DNA from: an uncultured Methanosarcinaceae archaeon
Lineage (GTDB): Archaea; Halobacteriota; Methanosarcinia; Methanosarcinales; Methanosarcinaceae
Direction: 5' to 3'
DNA length: 64,000 nt
NCBI GenBank assembly: GCA_963833425.1
Contig: CAWHXP010000015.1
Location: forward strand, 64,001-128,000
The notes below the pieces were generated by a model that was given only the letters and a program-made list of their open reading frames with translations, did not search any database and was not told the DNA's origin. The translations under genes were made by a program, and so were the position numbers. Numbering within the stretch: the first letter of the stretch is position 1; every line of letters starts with the position of its first letter. This document shows positions 25,977 to 36,856 of this stretch, one piece after another.

Positions 25977-26603
25977 TTAAACTAATTCAAGGTATTGCAA
26001 AATAAGATGCACACTATTATCTACTCCTGTTTTACTTGTATCTATTGAAAGGTCATACTGCCTTGCATCAGTCCATTCCTTTCCAGTAAGCTTATAGTGA
26101 TAACGAGATCTCTCACTATCGCTTTCAGCAATCCTTTTACTGGAAACTTCCTGCGAAACATTATATAACTTTTCAATACGTCCCTTACGGAATTCAATAT
26201 CCGCATGTAAAAATATGCTGGTATGATTCGGACAGGCATGCAATATATAAGAGCCACATCTTCCGATAATTACCGCTGAACGATCATTAGCAATGCGCTT
26301 TATTATTTCTGCTTCAGTCTCAAAAAGCTCCCTGTCTGTTGGAACAAAAATGTGTGGTGGTATATACACATCGGGGCCAATATATCCTTTTGATTGAAAA
26401 AAGGATTCCCAAAAAGACAGTATTCTTTCATCATGTGGTTCCAACTCATCTTCTAATAATGAGAGCTTTTTAGCAGCCAATCTAATGATTTCGTGATCCA
26501 AATAAGAAATATTCAATTTTTTTGCCAGTTGCTGCCCTATATACGCTCCCCCACTTCCTAACTGGCGGCTAATTGTAATTATAATTTGTGAATTATCTTT
26601 CAT
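25977..26603 (-). CDS. Cytidylate kinase-like family protein
   Basis: ITISRQLGSGG, VIIGRCG, YDLSIDTS. Confidence 0.88.
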   Translation of the reverse strand: MKDNSQIIITISRQLGSGGAYIGQQLAKKLNISYLDHEIIRLAAKKLSLLEDELEPHDERILSFWESFFQSKGYIGPDVYIPPHIFVPTDRELFETEAEIIKRIANDRSAVIIGRCGSYILHACPNHTSIFLHADIEFRKGRIEKLYNVSQEVSSKRIAESDSERSRYHYKLTGKEWTDARQYDLSIDTSKTGVDNSVHLILQYLELV

Positions 26604-26939
26604 TCAAGTATCCCTTTTACTATATTCTTTAATAAAATGAAAATTTTATATATTTAAAACATACATTATACAAAAAACTTAACTTTGAAGTTACAGCAAA
26701 GTCGTAACACTGCTCTATTTCTTACTTCTCGGTTTTATTTAAAAATATATAGTCATTATTTTAGTGGATTTCCACCAGGATTCGTATACAGTTTTTTTGT
26801 GTCTAAACATATGCACAAAATATAAACAAAAGGCATATCAAATTAAGAACAAAAATTGCCTTTAATAGATTATATTCAATTTTATATATTTTGATAAAAT
26901 ATTTACATATCTGGAATTAAAGAAATCATCATCTTTTCT

Positions 26940-27386
26940 ATGGAAAGGAGTCAAATGAGAGCTAATTATAATATATTTATGGTAGATCAGCTTAAAATAT
27001 TTAAAATGATAATTAATTTCATTACTATTATCATTCTTTATGTATTGCTATTGGCACTAATTGTGGGAGTGGCAAATATCCTCTTTAATATCAAATCAAT
27101 TATATTTGGGACTTTTGGGGGGGGCTTTAGTCATATAGTATCCGATGTCCTCACAGTTTTTGTTCTTATCGACCTTTTCAGGACTTTTGTTGATTATCGT
27201 GTACATGAAGAAGTTAGAATTACATATGTAACTAATGTTACAATTTTAATAGTCCTGCGTGAAATTGCGACAGGATTATATGCCCAAAGATATGATTCTC
27301 AATTTATTTTAGGCCTATCAGCATTGCTGTTGATATTAGGTATAATGAGAGTTCTAACTATCAAATATCCCTCAACGCCCACGTAA
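26940..27386 (+). CDS. PsiE-family membrane protein
   Basis: Four TM segments, LTVFVLIDLF and LRE motifs; start uncertain. Confidence 0.75.
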   Translation: MERSQMRANYNIFMVDQLKIFKMIINFITIIILYVLLLALIVGVANILFNIKSIIFGTFGGGFSHIVSDVLTVFVLIDLFRTFVDYRVHEEVRITYVTNVTILIVLREIATGLYAQRYDSQFILGLSALLLILGIMRVLTIKYPSTPT

Positions 27387-27759
27387 ATCACTTTAGTGAA
27401 TCTAATATCTATTTTTTGATGGCTAGTATTCATTTTCATTAAGTATAGTGATATATACTTAGGATTTATCCATTTGGAGTAAAAAATCAAGTAAATTAAA
27501 AGTTTTTATCCAGTTATGCATTTTAGCTAATTAAAGCTAAATTCTAATGATTTCTCAGTTAAACTGCATAAGTTCTTTTTTATTCGTTTCGTAAAGCTAG
27601 GCGGACAATTTTGTTATCCTGACGTAACTCGACTTGAGCACGCTTTGAGATGTATACATAAATATGATGATTTCAAACCTGAACATCCGGTTATAAACGT
27701 GTAAAGAATCCTTTTAAAATTAAGAGTCTCAACTCTAAACAAGGATCAAACACGACACA

Positions 27760-28128
27760 TCATCTATGTACTTTCAGCCCATCTCCATGGTCGAAATTTA
27801 AAGTGGGATATTCTTCATAACAATTGTCACATAATACAGTTACAGTAGGGCTTTTACCCTTTTGTCGGATCGTTTTTATCATTCCACATTTTTCTAACTC
27901 ATCCAATGCTTTCGGAAACGTCCAACCTGGAACAGGTAGAAATGAGTTTATACCCTTCAGGGTGACTACTAAGTCTTTAGTAGATTTCTTCACCCCTTTT
28001 AAATGCCAAATATACATAGCCACCCTGTATGTATGCCCCAATGAATTGGAAGGTAACTTTACAACCCATTCTGAAGGCATTTGAGCTATAAAAGATCCTT
28101 TTATTTTATCTTTAGGATTCACCGGCAT
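27760..28128 (-). CDS. Hypothetical winged-helix-like protein of probable mobile-element origin
   Basis: ALDELEKCGMIKTIRQKGKSPTV resembles a wHTH wing; co-oriented downstream of the polA relic. Confidence 0.55.
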   Translation of the reverse strand: MPVNPKDKIKGSFIAQMPSEWVVKLPSNSLGHTYRVAMYIWHLKGVKKSTKDLVVTLKGINSFLPVPGWTFPKALDELEKCGMIKTIRQKGKSPTVTVLCDNCYEEYPTLNFDHGDGLKVHR

Positions 28129-28227
28129 TATCTTACTCCCATTTAATATTATTATCAAATATTAAGAAGAAATAAAGTAGATATAATAAAGAAATATAAG
28201 TAGTAAAACCGAGATCATGAGACCTTA

Positions 28228-28316
28228 GAATTTAGCTGTACAGCTAATTAATTTTAGCTGGAGAGCGAAATATATTTTGCTGTGCAGCTAATTAATATTG
28301 CTCTACAGCTAAATTC
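28228..28316. repeat. Nested inverted repeats of (t)agctg/cagcta units
   Basis: Perfect 13-bp outer IR gaatttagctgta / tacagctaaattc; 16-bp palindrome ttagctgtacagctaa. Confidence 0.8.
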
Positions 28317-28357
28317 AAATTTAGGTCTTAACAGAAATTATTGAAATTAGTATGTTC

Positions 28358-29048
28358 TCAGAGTCCTTCTTCTTTAATTTCTTCTAAAATCTTCATAATC
28401 AAACGCCACGTTTCTGCACCTTTCTCATCTATATACCTGCCAGGATAGCAGATAATACTGGCATCTGTTTTCAATCTGTTACCAGTACCTAGAACAATTT
28501 CAGATGCATCACACATTAGCTTTCTTGCCATCTCTATCTCTTTGTCTGCCACTTTTTCATCGCACTCAATCATAACCGCATCGTGGACTGGAGCAACAAT
28601 TTTAGTATTATTCTCCGAGAGAAGGATGCATGCCACTCTAAGAATTTCTGCTCCAGTGGCTTGAATTGGGAAATTTCGGACGGTCAACATTTCCTTATTG
28701 CTGGAGCCTGAGACAATCATTTTCCATTTATAACAGGTTTCAATCCTTTTCATTAAACAGGCTTGAGTCCAGATCTATATCTACCCAACGCCAATAATTT
28801 TTGAAAATTCTTTTATGATGGTTAAGCAGTTCTTTTGCATAAGGCGTAGGCTTACCAATTTTGAACCCAAGTGATTCTGCACCCAGACCATACTGAACGC
28901 CGAGCACACAGGATTTAAAGAGCTGTCTCAAACTACCATGCGTTTCTTTTGTAGCGTCTTCTGGAACTGCACCTGCTAATTTTGCAAAAGCCAGATATGG
29001 ATCTCCGCTCTTATATGCCTCAATCATATTAGGGTCCTTAGAGAGCAT
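28358..29048 (-). pseudogene. Family A DNA polymerase, C-terminal polymerase-domain fragment, frameshifted near 28775
   Basis: LSKDPNM..AY.SGDPY, motif B RQLFKSCVLGVQYG, NFPIQATGAE, motif C PVHDAV; motif A missing. Confidence 0.9.
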
Positions 29049-29076
29049 TTTTCATATTTCAGATCTAAGATTCCAT

Positions 29077-30114
29077 CTATTTTTGAAAAATAGTTACTCT
29101 CCTAGTAAGACTTTTATGCACTCTCTGGAAATAAATTTCAAGAACCTTAAGTCCGACCAGTTTTCCGTATTCAGATGCATCCTTATCAGAGACTACAACT
29201 GCAATACCTCCTGGCTTCAAAACACGTTGAATATCCTTAAGAGCACAGGAATAAAGATTCTCTAAGGATTCGGCAAGAACTGCTGCCGACCGTCCATATG
29301 GTGGATCAGTCACGATTGCGCTTATTGTCCCTTCCTTAAAAGGCATCATACGGGCATCTCCTTTCACCAAGGTATAGTCCAGCTCAAAGGCACTAAGGTT
29401 CATACAGGCACCTCTAACAATTTTTTCTTGGGCATCGATTCCCAAAACTCGTGCTCCCAAAATTCCGGCCTCAATAAGTATGCCAGCAGTACCACAAAAA
29501 GGATCCAGGAATAACTCCCCATGTTTTATTTTGGAAAGATTTGTAATAGCACGTGCTACCCTGGGCATAAGGACTCCAGGATGGAAAAAAGGTTTATTTT
29601 GGGGATTTCTGGTTTCATATGCACTTCTGTTGATGGAAGATGTAAGCGTTCCTAAAACAGCCTTTCCACTTAAGATCAGCCGAAATTCCACATCTGGACT
29701 TTTCAGGTTCGCTTGAAAGCCTTTTTTATTGATGAATCCTCCTATTTTTGATTCCAGAAGATTGGTGGAAAAGTTCACGTGATGTTTAACACTTTTTGCT
29801 CGAACTACAAAACTTTGACCTTCCGTTATAAAACATGAGAACTCAAAGGAGTTTGTAAGTACCAGAATCGCATCCACGGTGTTTTCAGTAATCCCTATAA
29901 CTTTTAGGATATGATGGGTCATTGCGAGCCTTTCAGTTATAGGACCTTTAAGAATTTTTTCTACGTCTTCTTCTTTACCTGCTATATCAACCACCAGGCA
30001 TTGGTCAACCCTGGTATGTGGCTGGAAATCAAGCTCCTCTATTTTGAGGCAAGCAAGAACTTCAGCAGCTGGCAATTCTTCATGCTCTCCAGAGAGTTCA
30101 AAAGCGTACAGCAT
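29077..30114 (-). CDS. tRNA (guanine(10)-N2)-methyltransferase (TIGR01177 / Trm11, THUMP domain)
   Basis: ELSGEH, PFFHPG, LDPFCGTAG, VTDPPYG, VHKSLTR. Confidence 0.92.
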   Translation of the reverse strand: MLYAFELSGEHEELPAAEVLACLKIEELDFQPHTRVDQCLVVDIAGKEEDVEKILKGPITERLAMTHHILKVIGITENTVDAILVLTNSFEFSCFITEGQSFVVRAKSVKHHVNFSTNLLESKIGGFINKKGFQANLKSPDVEFRLILSGKAVLGTLTSSINRSAYETRNPQNKPFFHPGVLMPRVARAITNLSKIKHGELFLDPFCGTAGILIEAGILGARVLGIDAQEKIVRGACMNLSAFELDYTLVKGDARMMPFKEGTISAIVTDPPYGRSAAVLAESLENLYSCALKDIQRVLKPGGIAVVVSDKDASEYGKLVGLKVLEIYFQRVHKSLTRRVTIFQK

Positions 30115-30509
30115 CTGTAATCCGGAATATATGATTTATATAGATTGGATTGATATTCAAATTATATAATTATTTATATCTATCTTAAAATATACATAAA
30201 ATGTAATGCTAATTGCCAACTTGAAAGAACTTGCTAAATAATTATTTAATAAATAAAATCAGGGCCTCCTCAATTATTTGGTTTATTTAATTTTCAAAAT
30301 CATTTAGTTCCATTTTTCCTGATTTTGTTCGCATCTTACGAGATTAGTTAGAGTGAATTTGTTTCAGTGAATGAAAAAGCAAATATTCGTACACTTGAAA
30401 CTTAATCATGAAAGCTTAATCATTCAGTGAGGGACGAGAAGGTCGTATATCTGAAATAGATTGTATGGATAAGTTTATCCTTAAAAGCAATTTTTCAAGT
30501 ATTTTTTCC

Positions 30510-30797
30510 TCAAAACATCTTCTCCAGAGCTTCTCTGCCAATCATCTCTGGCTTAATCCCAAGTCTTCTGGCCATTTCAGTTACTTCCACTACCTGGGCT
30601 TTGAGCATATCTTCAAAGCTTTTTACGCCTTTTACTTTCGCTGCTATATCCCCAAACTCCTCAGCAGCATTTACATTCAGGTATCCGCACATTAGGAACC
30701 CTTTATCAGTTCTTATAACCAATAGAGTATATTTTTGCATCTCAAAGCTGAGGCCCAAAGCACACCCATTTTCAAGCTGAATTTGTTCGATGAGCAT
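30510..30797 (-). CDS. YunC / DUF1805 family protein
   Basis: KGFLMCGYL, AAKVKGV, A..LGI...M.GREAL. Confidence 0.85.
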   Translation of the reverse strand: MLIEQIQLENGCALGLSFEMQKYTLLVIRTDKGFLMCGYLNVNAAEEFGDIAAKVKGVKSFEDMLKAQVVEVTEMARRLGIKPEMIGREALEKMF

Positions 30798-31659
30798 ATT
30801 TTTTAGAATTAGCTTCAAACCAAATTAACTTTTTGGACTCAGCAAATTTATAATTTTTTGTGGTTCAGATTCTCAGATTTACTCGTTTCTTCAGATCTTT
30901 TTTGGAAATCCTGTTCTTCACAATGATCTAAGACACTTTTGTAATCTCGTATGTTAAATATCTTTTTTTTCATGATTTTTGGCACTTAAAAAAGGTAAGA
31001 ATCTAAATATTTAGTAGTCACCATGATAGGTATAAATTCATTTTTACCTGTCCAACATTGGGCTTTTTCGAAGATCTTGACGAATTAGAAAAATATTAAA
31101 TGCTAAAAACGATAAGATAACGAGGTCAAAGTTCCAAATTAACTCTGTTATGTGACAATTGTTGTGAAGGATATCCCACTTTAAAAATCCTTAATAGGTT
31201 CGAAAAACACGCATATGAAATGAAAATCAAATACTTTAGACATTGTAGTGTGATCAAAAAAGATGATTGAGGAGTTTATAGCAGATTTTACAGAAATTAT
31301 GACACTGCATCTCAGATTAATCTTCATCATTTTTAGGAAAAATCTCAATGTTAAATTTATGAATATTTCCTAAAATAATAAAAATATGGTTAATATGGAA
31401 TTATATTTTGATTTTAAAAAATTTTATGGGGGAATTAATTTTATTCAGAAACTGCGTTTTATATAATTAATTTCAAATAACGAAGGAGATAATTGTACAT
31501 GTAGCTTGAAGTAACAGATAATGAATTAAAAAGTGAGAAATTTTCCAACACTTCCAAGATTACTATTATTGGGTTACATTTGAATTGTCATTGATTATAG
31601 TTTACAAGGATATAAAGCCAATGAAGTAAGCATTATAGTGGTAAAAATAAAGAGGTTAA

Positions 31660-31950
31660 TGTATGCTTGATCTTGGAGAATTAACCTTTTCGATTCTAAT
31701 TTTAAAATAATTAACTTTTAAAGGGCAAACCTTGTAGGGACTAATCTTGAAAAAGCTAACCTTAAAGAAGCTAATCTTCAAAAAACTAAATTATTTCGGG
31801 CTAATCTTTAAGTAGCTAACCTCAATTAGTTGACCCTTAAGGAGCGGTCAATTTATCTATTAACAGTTGTCTGGGGTGAGAACATTTTATAATGCAAAAT
31901 TAAACAACGAGCTCTCATGCCATTAAAAGAAGAGTTTCAGTTCCTTTTTA
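31660..31950 (+). pseudogene. Pentapeptide-repeat protein fragment
   Basis: 15-bp periodicity encoding ANLVG TNLEK ANLKE ANLQK TKLFR ANL*; stops in frame. Confidence 0.7.
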
Positions 31951-32036
31951 TTCACTAGAGCAGAATTTTCTAGAATATCAGAGCAACTTTTTAGAAGCTA
32001 ATGCAGACAAAAATCTCTAGAAATACCAAACCTATA

Positions 32037-32125
32037 AAGGTTCAATAAACTCCTTATTTTCACGAGTCATATACTACATCAATTATAAGCATATGATGAA
32101 ATTTAGGGGTTTATCGAAATCCCTC
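32037..32125 (+). mobile_element. MITE-like unit, copy A (about 85-90 bp)
   Basis: Right IR gaaatttaggggtttatcgaaatccctc, degenerate left IR; similar to 50315-50403 and 53430-53514. Confidence 0.7.
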
Positions 32126-32344
32126 TTTTTGAAACAATATTTTTAGGACAGCAAGTTTTTAGACACAGTTTTTGTTGAAAAAGGGTTCAAAAAAATGAAA
32201 AATTATATTCAGCAGCTTACAATAGAAATGTTTATTCAGATATAAAAAGTATCATTCATCAAGTTAAAGACTAAATTAATTCAGAGGTAGGTTTTTATTA
32301 CCCAACTATACAGGTATGTATTAAGTGCGTTCTTTTTACTGTCG

Positions 32345-32974
32345 TTGTTGGTACTTATTTTATCCATAACCTCGAAAGCTTCTGAATTTAGTTATCCAAG
32401 AGTTTTAGATCACCCATGGGATCATTTCCCTATCACTGTATATATAGATAACAAGACTGTTCCTTTCCATTATAGTCACACCTATTACACAGATATTAAA
32501 AAAGCTCTGAATTACTGGGCAGGAGGTGGGAATGGGAAACTGAAATACATTCCTCTTTTTGAGATTGTGGATTCAGAAAGTGCTGATATAAGGATGAGAT
32601 GGGATGCAAACCTGCAGAAAGATCAAGGTGCTCCTCACGAAGCTGCAGGTGAAACAATCCGGCATACTGCAAATGGTCGATTTGTATACGTAGATATTAT
32701 ACTTGGAGTTGGGAATTATCAATGGATGGAATGGGTACCTTACAGTGATACTGCAATGATTGCAATTGCTGAGCATGAATTGGGCCACGCTTTAGGGTTG
32801 GATCACAGCAATGATCCGCATGATATTATGTATCCATCCAATGAGCAGATAGATAACCCAAATTCTTTCATTCAGAGTAAATACTATTCTATTTTGCTTA
32901 TCGCGTTTTACACGGCTATTGCAGTTATCTTCTTCATCTCTGTAAGCTCGCTGCTTAACAGGAAAAAAAAATAA
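32345..32974 (+). CDS. Matrixin-family (M10) metalloprotease, membrane anchored
   Basis: HELGHALGLDH plus Met-turn IMYP; C-terminal TM helix; start uncertain. Confidence 0.88.
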   Translation: MLVLILSITSKASEFSYPRVLDHPWDHFPITVYIDNKTVPFHYSHTYYTDIKKALNYWAGGGNGKLKYIPLFEIVDSESADIRMRWDANLQKDQGAPHEAAGETIRHTANGRFVYVDIILGVGNYQWMEWVPYSDTAMIAIAEHELGHALGLDHSNDPHDIMYPSNEQIDNPNSFIQSKYYSILLIAFYTAIAVIFFISVSSLLNRKKK

Positions 32975-33550
32975 ACACTTGAGGATTAATACTTTAAGTA
33001 AGGATTTCTCGACAGCTAATCAATTTTCTATATAATTATAAAATTTGAGTTGCCTATATAAATCTTCTATAGATTAGTCTTATTAGGTTCAATTTATCCG
33101 ACATTCCATATATGTACAAAGATATAGAATTTGTTACCTATTTGTCTACTATTATTGATTGAAGATTATATTAATTTTTAAGCTACTGCCATATTGAGAA
33201 AATATCTGCCATTTTTGCGTGCATTCACGTAAAATAGGACTTATGGTAAACTCACTAATTAGTTACAATTCTAAAAAACGGGTTTAACTTTGGAAGCTTT
33301 CGATGAATCTAAATTTGCAAATATGCTTATAAGCGGTGTATAAATGATTCATGAAAATCAGTATTTATCAAAATGCTTTCTAATGTAGGCCTCTAGAAAG
33401 GGATTGAAAGATAAAGTAGGCATAAAACCATTGAAATGATGGCGAAAATTAAGCCAAAGCGTGAATGAGAGGTTTACGTTTCTTAGTCAAAACCAAAAAT
33501 GCAATATAGGGTCTATATTATTAGCAAACAAACGAGTATCGAGTACATGT

Positions 33551-33760
33551 TTAAAGTAGGATGCCTCTCTCAGATGCAAGCATTTCCAACACTTGCATCC
33601 GTATTTTTATTAACTCATCCTTTGATGTGCCGGATGGATATTTTTTTACATTGTTAAATTCGCTCATGAGTTCTTTGTTGTTTAATTTCTTCATACGATT
33701 ATAATACGAAGTGCGATATGTATTGCTATCTATATCTGATTCTTTTGTTATGAACATCAC
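33551..33760 (-). CDS. Small hypothetical protein
   Basis: 69-aa ORF with a ggtga RBS-like signal; no recognised motif. Confidence 0.4.
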   Translation of the reverse strand: MMFITKESDIDSNTYRTSYYNRMKKLNNKELMSEFNNVKKYPSGTSKDELIKIRMQVLEMLASERGILL

Positions 33761-34125
33761 CTTGTCTTATGTTAGGTTCAATTACTAATAGCATTATTTT
33801 TGACAAAATATATTTATTTGTGATTATGCTATCAGATTACATTTTTCACATGATACTGAAATAAATATAGAACGGTATAATAAGCTTTATAAAAAGGAAA
33901 TTGAGATTATTTATTTTTTTAAATGCGAGATAATTCCTTTTTACATATATTTTTATTGGGGGGACAACGACATAACATCTGATTTAGAAACTGGGCTCAT
34001 TAGCTATTAAAAATCTAATTAAGTTTTGAGGACATTAATATTTTTTTCATATCAATGCTTTTAACCAATTTTTCAAAATAAAGGTTTCAGCTATTTAATA
34101 TTCAATTTTATCATCTAAACAATTT

Positions 34126-34322
34126 CTTAATCCTCTATGAGTTCTGTTGCGTTTGTAGGACAGACCTGTACTCACTGCTCGCACTCTGTACAGTCTTCAG
34201 GGCGTGCTACAATGCCTTTGTCCTTCTATTGTTTCTTCCGTATCAAACACGTTTGCTGGGTAGATACCGTAGCATTCTAGTAAACCTACACATTTATTAT
34301 AATCAATTATGAGATGTACTAT
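34126..34322 (-). pseudogene. 2[4Fe-4S] ferredoxin pseudogene
   Basis: IDYNKCVG..EC and ARPEDCTECEQ*VQVCPT (Cys codon replaced by TGA). Confidence 0.8.
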
Positions 34323-34705
34323 TTTTAACCACTTTTTAGAAGTTGAATTTTGAACAGTTGGTGTTTGAGCTATTGATTTTTCAATTCAACTTCATCATCA
34401 TCAATTAATGGATAAATCTATTTTCTTATGCGTGCTTTTATAATATTCCTTTAGCAAAGAATTGTAATCATAGGATCTCAAATTGGCTATCGGGATCCTT
34501 AATCTAATTGATGCTCGTTTCTTTAAATATTCATTTCCGAGCGATAGCATCGGTACATATCGAATATTTCGGCAGTTTATTTGCCCAGTTGGTCAGAGAT
34601 CTCCGCAAATTCGTGCAGATGAGCAACAGTCAGCTCATTGTTCTGAGCGTTGTCTTTTCTCTGCTGCTGGCCAAGTTTATACTCCTGTAAAGCTAAAAGG
34701 AAAAT

Positions 34706-35245
34706 TTATTTTTTCTCGATGACCCCACAGATAATTCGTACGCCACTGTTTCCAGACGGATTTGTCATCTGATCATCAGGATTAGCATGGATAACCAGTG
34801 AAGTGCCGTTGGCTGTGAATAGCGTGGTTGGCCCAGGTGACAATGTCACAAGGTTATTGGTTGTATTCATATGTCCCATACCATCCTCGCCCACTTCGAT
34901 GTTGGGGAGGTCACCTGCATGGTGGCCTTTCGTGTTGTTGAAGCCATGCTCTTTGTCTAGAGGGTTGTAGTGTTCGCCGGCAGAAATGAAAGACGGCACA
35001 GTGCAGTTTCCTTTATTATGAATGTGGATTCCGTGCATGCCCGGCGTCAGGCCACTCGCATTGACGTTGATGCGAACCAAGCCATTGGGGTCTTCGGTAA
35101 GGGTGGCCAGTCCCACTGTATTGCCTTTCGCGTCCTTCATGATAGCTATGGCATCATGTGTTGCATCTTCATAGGCATAGATCGTAGTTGCAGCCATCAG
35201 CATCGCCGAGATAATTATTGGTAATAACAATCCAGCTTTCATCAA
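34706..35245 (-). CDS. sodC: Cu/Zn superoxide dismutase with signal peptide
   Basis: HGIHIH, HYNP, HAGDLPN, VIHANPDD, GNSG.RI.CGVI. Confidence 0.95.
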   Translation of the reverse strand: MMKAGLLLPIIISAMLMAATTIYAYEDATHDAIAIMKDAKGNTVGLATLTEDPNGLVRINVNASGLTPGMHGIHIHNKGNCTVPSFISAGEHYNPLDKEHGFNNTKGHHAGDLPNIEVGEDGMGHMNTTNNLVTLSPGPTTLFTANGTSLVIHANPDDQMTNPSGNSGVRIICGVIEKK

Positions 35246-35464
35246 CTTATTCTCCAGAAATATTTCTATAAATTAATAATCAGAATTATCTAGTGCGTCA
35301 GAATGGATTTAGCCAGCTGATTTTTTTGTAAAATAAATAGTTACGAACAGATTTATATTTATGTTGTAACCTGAAAAAACTGGGCCATTATCCAAAATTG
35401 TTTTATTTTTCAGTCGCTCTAGCACGCTCTTCCGTGGTCATGTTAGCAAGGCGTTCCACTTCCT

Positions 35465-36320
35465 GGTTCCGTTGCAAAAATTTCGAAATAAGCATGTAAA
35501 TCTATTAGTAATGAATAAAAATCAAAATATTCAAGGAAAATGTACTAACATTATAAAACTATACCAAATAATTGATTAACGTATTTGACTTCATTAAGAA
35601 CAGAGTAATTTAGATCGATTACTTGTCCTTTTTTGATCATATTTATAGCTTCAATTCCTTTTAAAGTCTTATTAGCAGATCGAAAAGACTGAAATCCTAA
35701 CATTTGATTAACGATTCTCTTTATAGATCTGTGATCTTGTTCTATAATGTTATTCAAATACTTTATTTGTCGAATGCCTACGTTTTTAGGTAATATTTTC
35801 TCGTTTTTCAGTTTATCTATAGCAGGTGGATAAGCTGGATTCTTATCAACGGTTATTAATCTTGGAATTTGATTATGATTAGAACTTAAAGCTTTCTTAA
35901 AGAATCTCTTCGCTGCTTTTCTATTTCGTTTTGAACTTAATCTGAAATCAATTGTATCTCCATTTGAGTCAACTGCTCGATAAAAATAGTCCCATTTACC
36001 TTTTACTTTGATATAGGTTTCATCAACTCTCCACGAATAGTTTGTTAGCCTTAAATGTCTTCTTATCTTCTTTTCTATTTCAGGTGAATATTGATGTACC
36101 CATCTCATGACTATCGTATGGTAGACTTTTACTCCCCTTTCTGCCATCATTTCCTTTAAATTTCTATAACTTAATGGATATTTTAAGTACCATCTTACAT
36201 TTAATAGAATAATTTCCCCTTCATAATGCTTCCATTTAAAGGAATTAGATAGCATATTACTATCTTTGGTTTTTCTTTTCATTCTATTTATCATTAGAAA
36301 GGATTTTTTGCAACGGAACC
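35465..36320 (-). mobile_element. IS6-family element, complete (856 bp)
   Basis: Terminal IRs ggttccgttgcaaaaa / tttttgcaacggaacc; no flanking target duplication seen. Confidence 0.95.
35551..36294 (-). CDS. IS6-family DDE transposase
   Basis: LSYRNL.EMM.ERG, WRVDETYIKVKG, TVDKNPAY, LNNIIEQDHR. Confidence 0.95.
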   Translation of the reverse strand: MINRMKRKTKDSNMLSNSFKWKHYEGEIILLNVRWYLKYPLSYRNLKEMMAERGVKVYHTIVMRWVHQYSPEIEKKIRRHLRLTNYSWRVDETYIKVKGKWDYFYRAVDSNGDTIDFRLSSKRNRKAAKRFFKKALSSNHNQIPRLITVDKNPAYPPAIDKLKNEKILPKNVGIRQIKYLNNIIEQDHRSIKRIVNQMLGFQSFRSANKTLKGIEAINMIKKGQVIDLNYSVLNEVKYVNQLFGIVL

Positions 36321-36505
36321 CAAGTTTCTTCTACGAGCTGAGATCTAAAAGAAGAATAAGGTATTTGCCATACCAATATTTTTAATGTAAATTTTACAAA
36401 TTTGTTTACTCTAAGGTGATCAATTTTTTACCATTATTTTCTTTTCTTTTGTGACAGAATATTGCTTTTGGCAGCTAAAGTTGAATATAAAGCCCTTCAA
36501 AAACG

Positions 36506-36856
36506 TTACTGGTTTTCAATATTTGACGCCCAAATTGGTGTTGTTCCGTATATTACAAGAGTCCCGTCGTCCTGCAAGACTATAAATGCCCCATCTTGAT
36601 AATGCGTATTTGTATCCCATATTGGATCCGGATACCCATATATAACAAAGTTTCCATCACTTTGCATAATTGCCCGCGAAACAGCCATATTATGTGTGTT
36701 AGAAACCCATATAGATTCCCGACCAAGATTCAAATCATAAAGTACTAAATTTCCATCATCCTGCAGATTTAGTGTATATAGGTTATTATGTGAAGTAAGG
36801 AAATCACCCTTCTCTAAATATTGGTTTGGAAAAAGACAGCTACCTTTATTAACCAA
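36506..36856 (-). CDS. Bulb-type (GNA-like) mannose-binding lectin domain protein
   Basis: Three QxDxNxVxY-type sites: QDDGNLVLY, QSDGNFVIY, QDDGTLVIY; ggagga RBS before the TTG. Confidence 0.9.
   Translation of the reverse strand: MVNKGSCLFPNQYLEKGDFLTSHNNLYTLNLQDDGNLVLYDLNLGRESIWVSNTHNMAVSRAIMQSDGNFVIYGYPDPIWDTNTHYQDGAFIVLQDDGTLVIYGTTPIWASNIENQ

Noticed and set aside
28358..29048. Functional split polymerase or programmed frameshift
   Set aside because: Catalytic motif A and all upstream domains are absent, so readthrough could not give an active enzyme.
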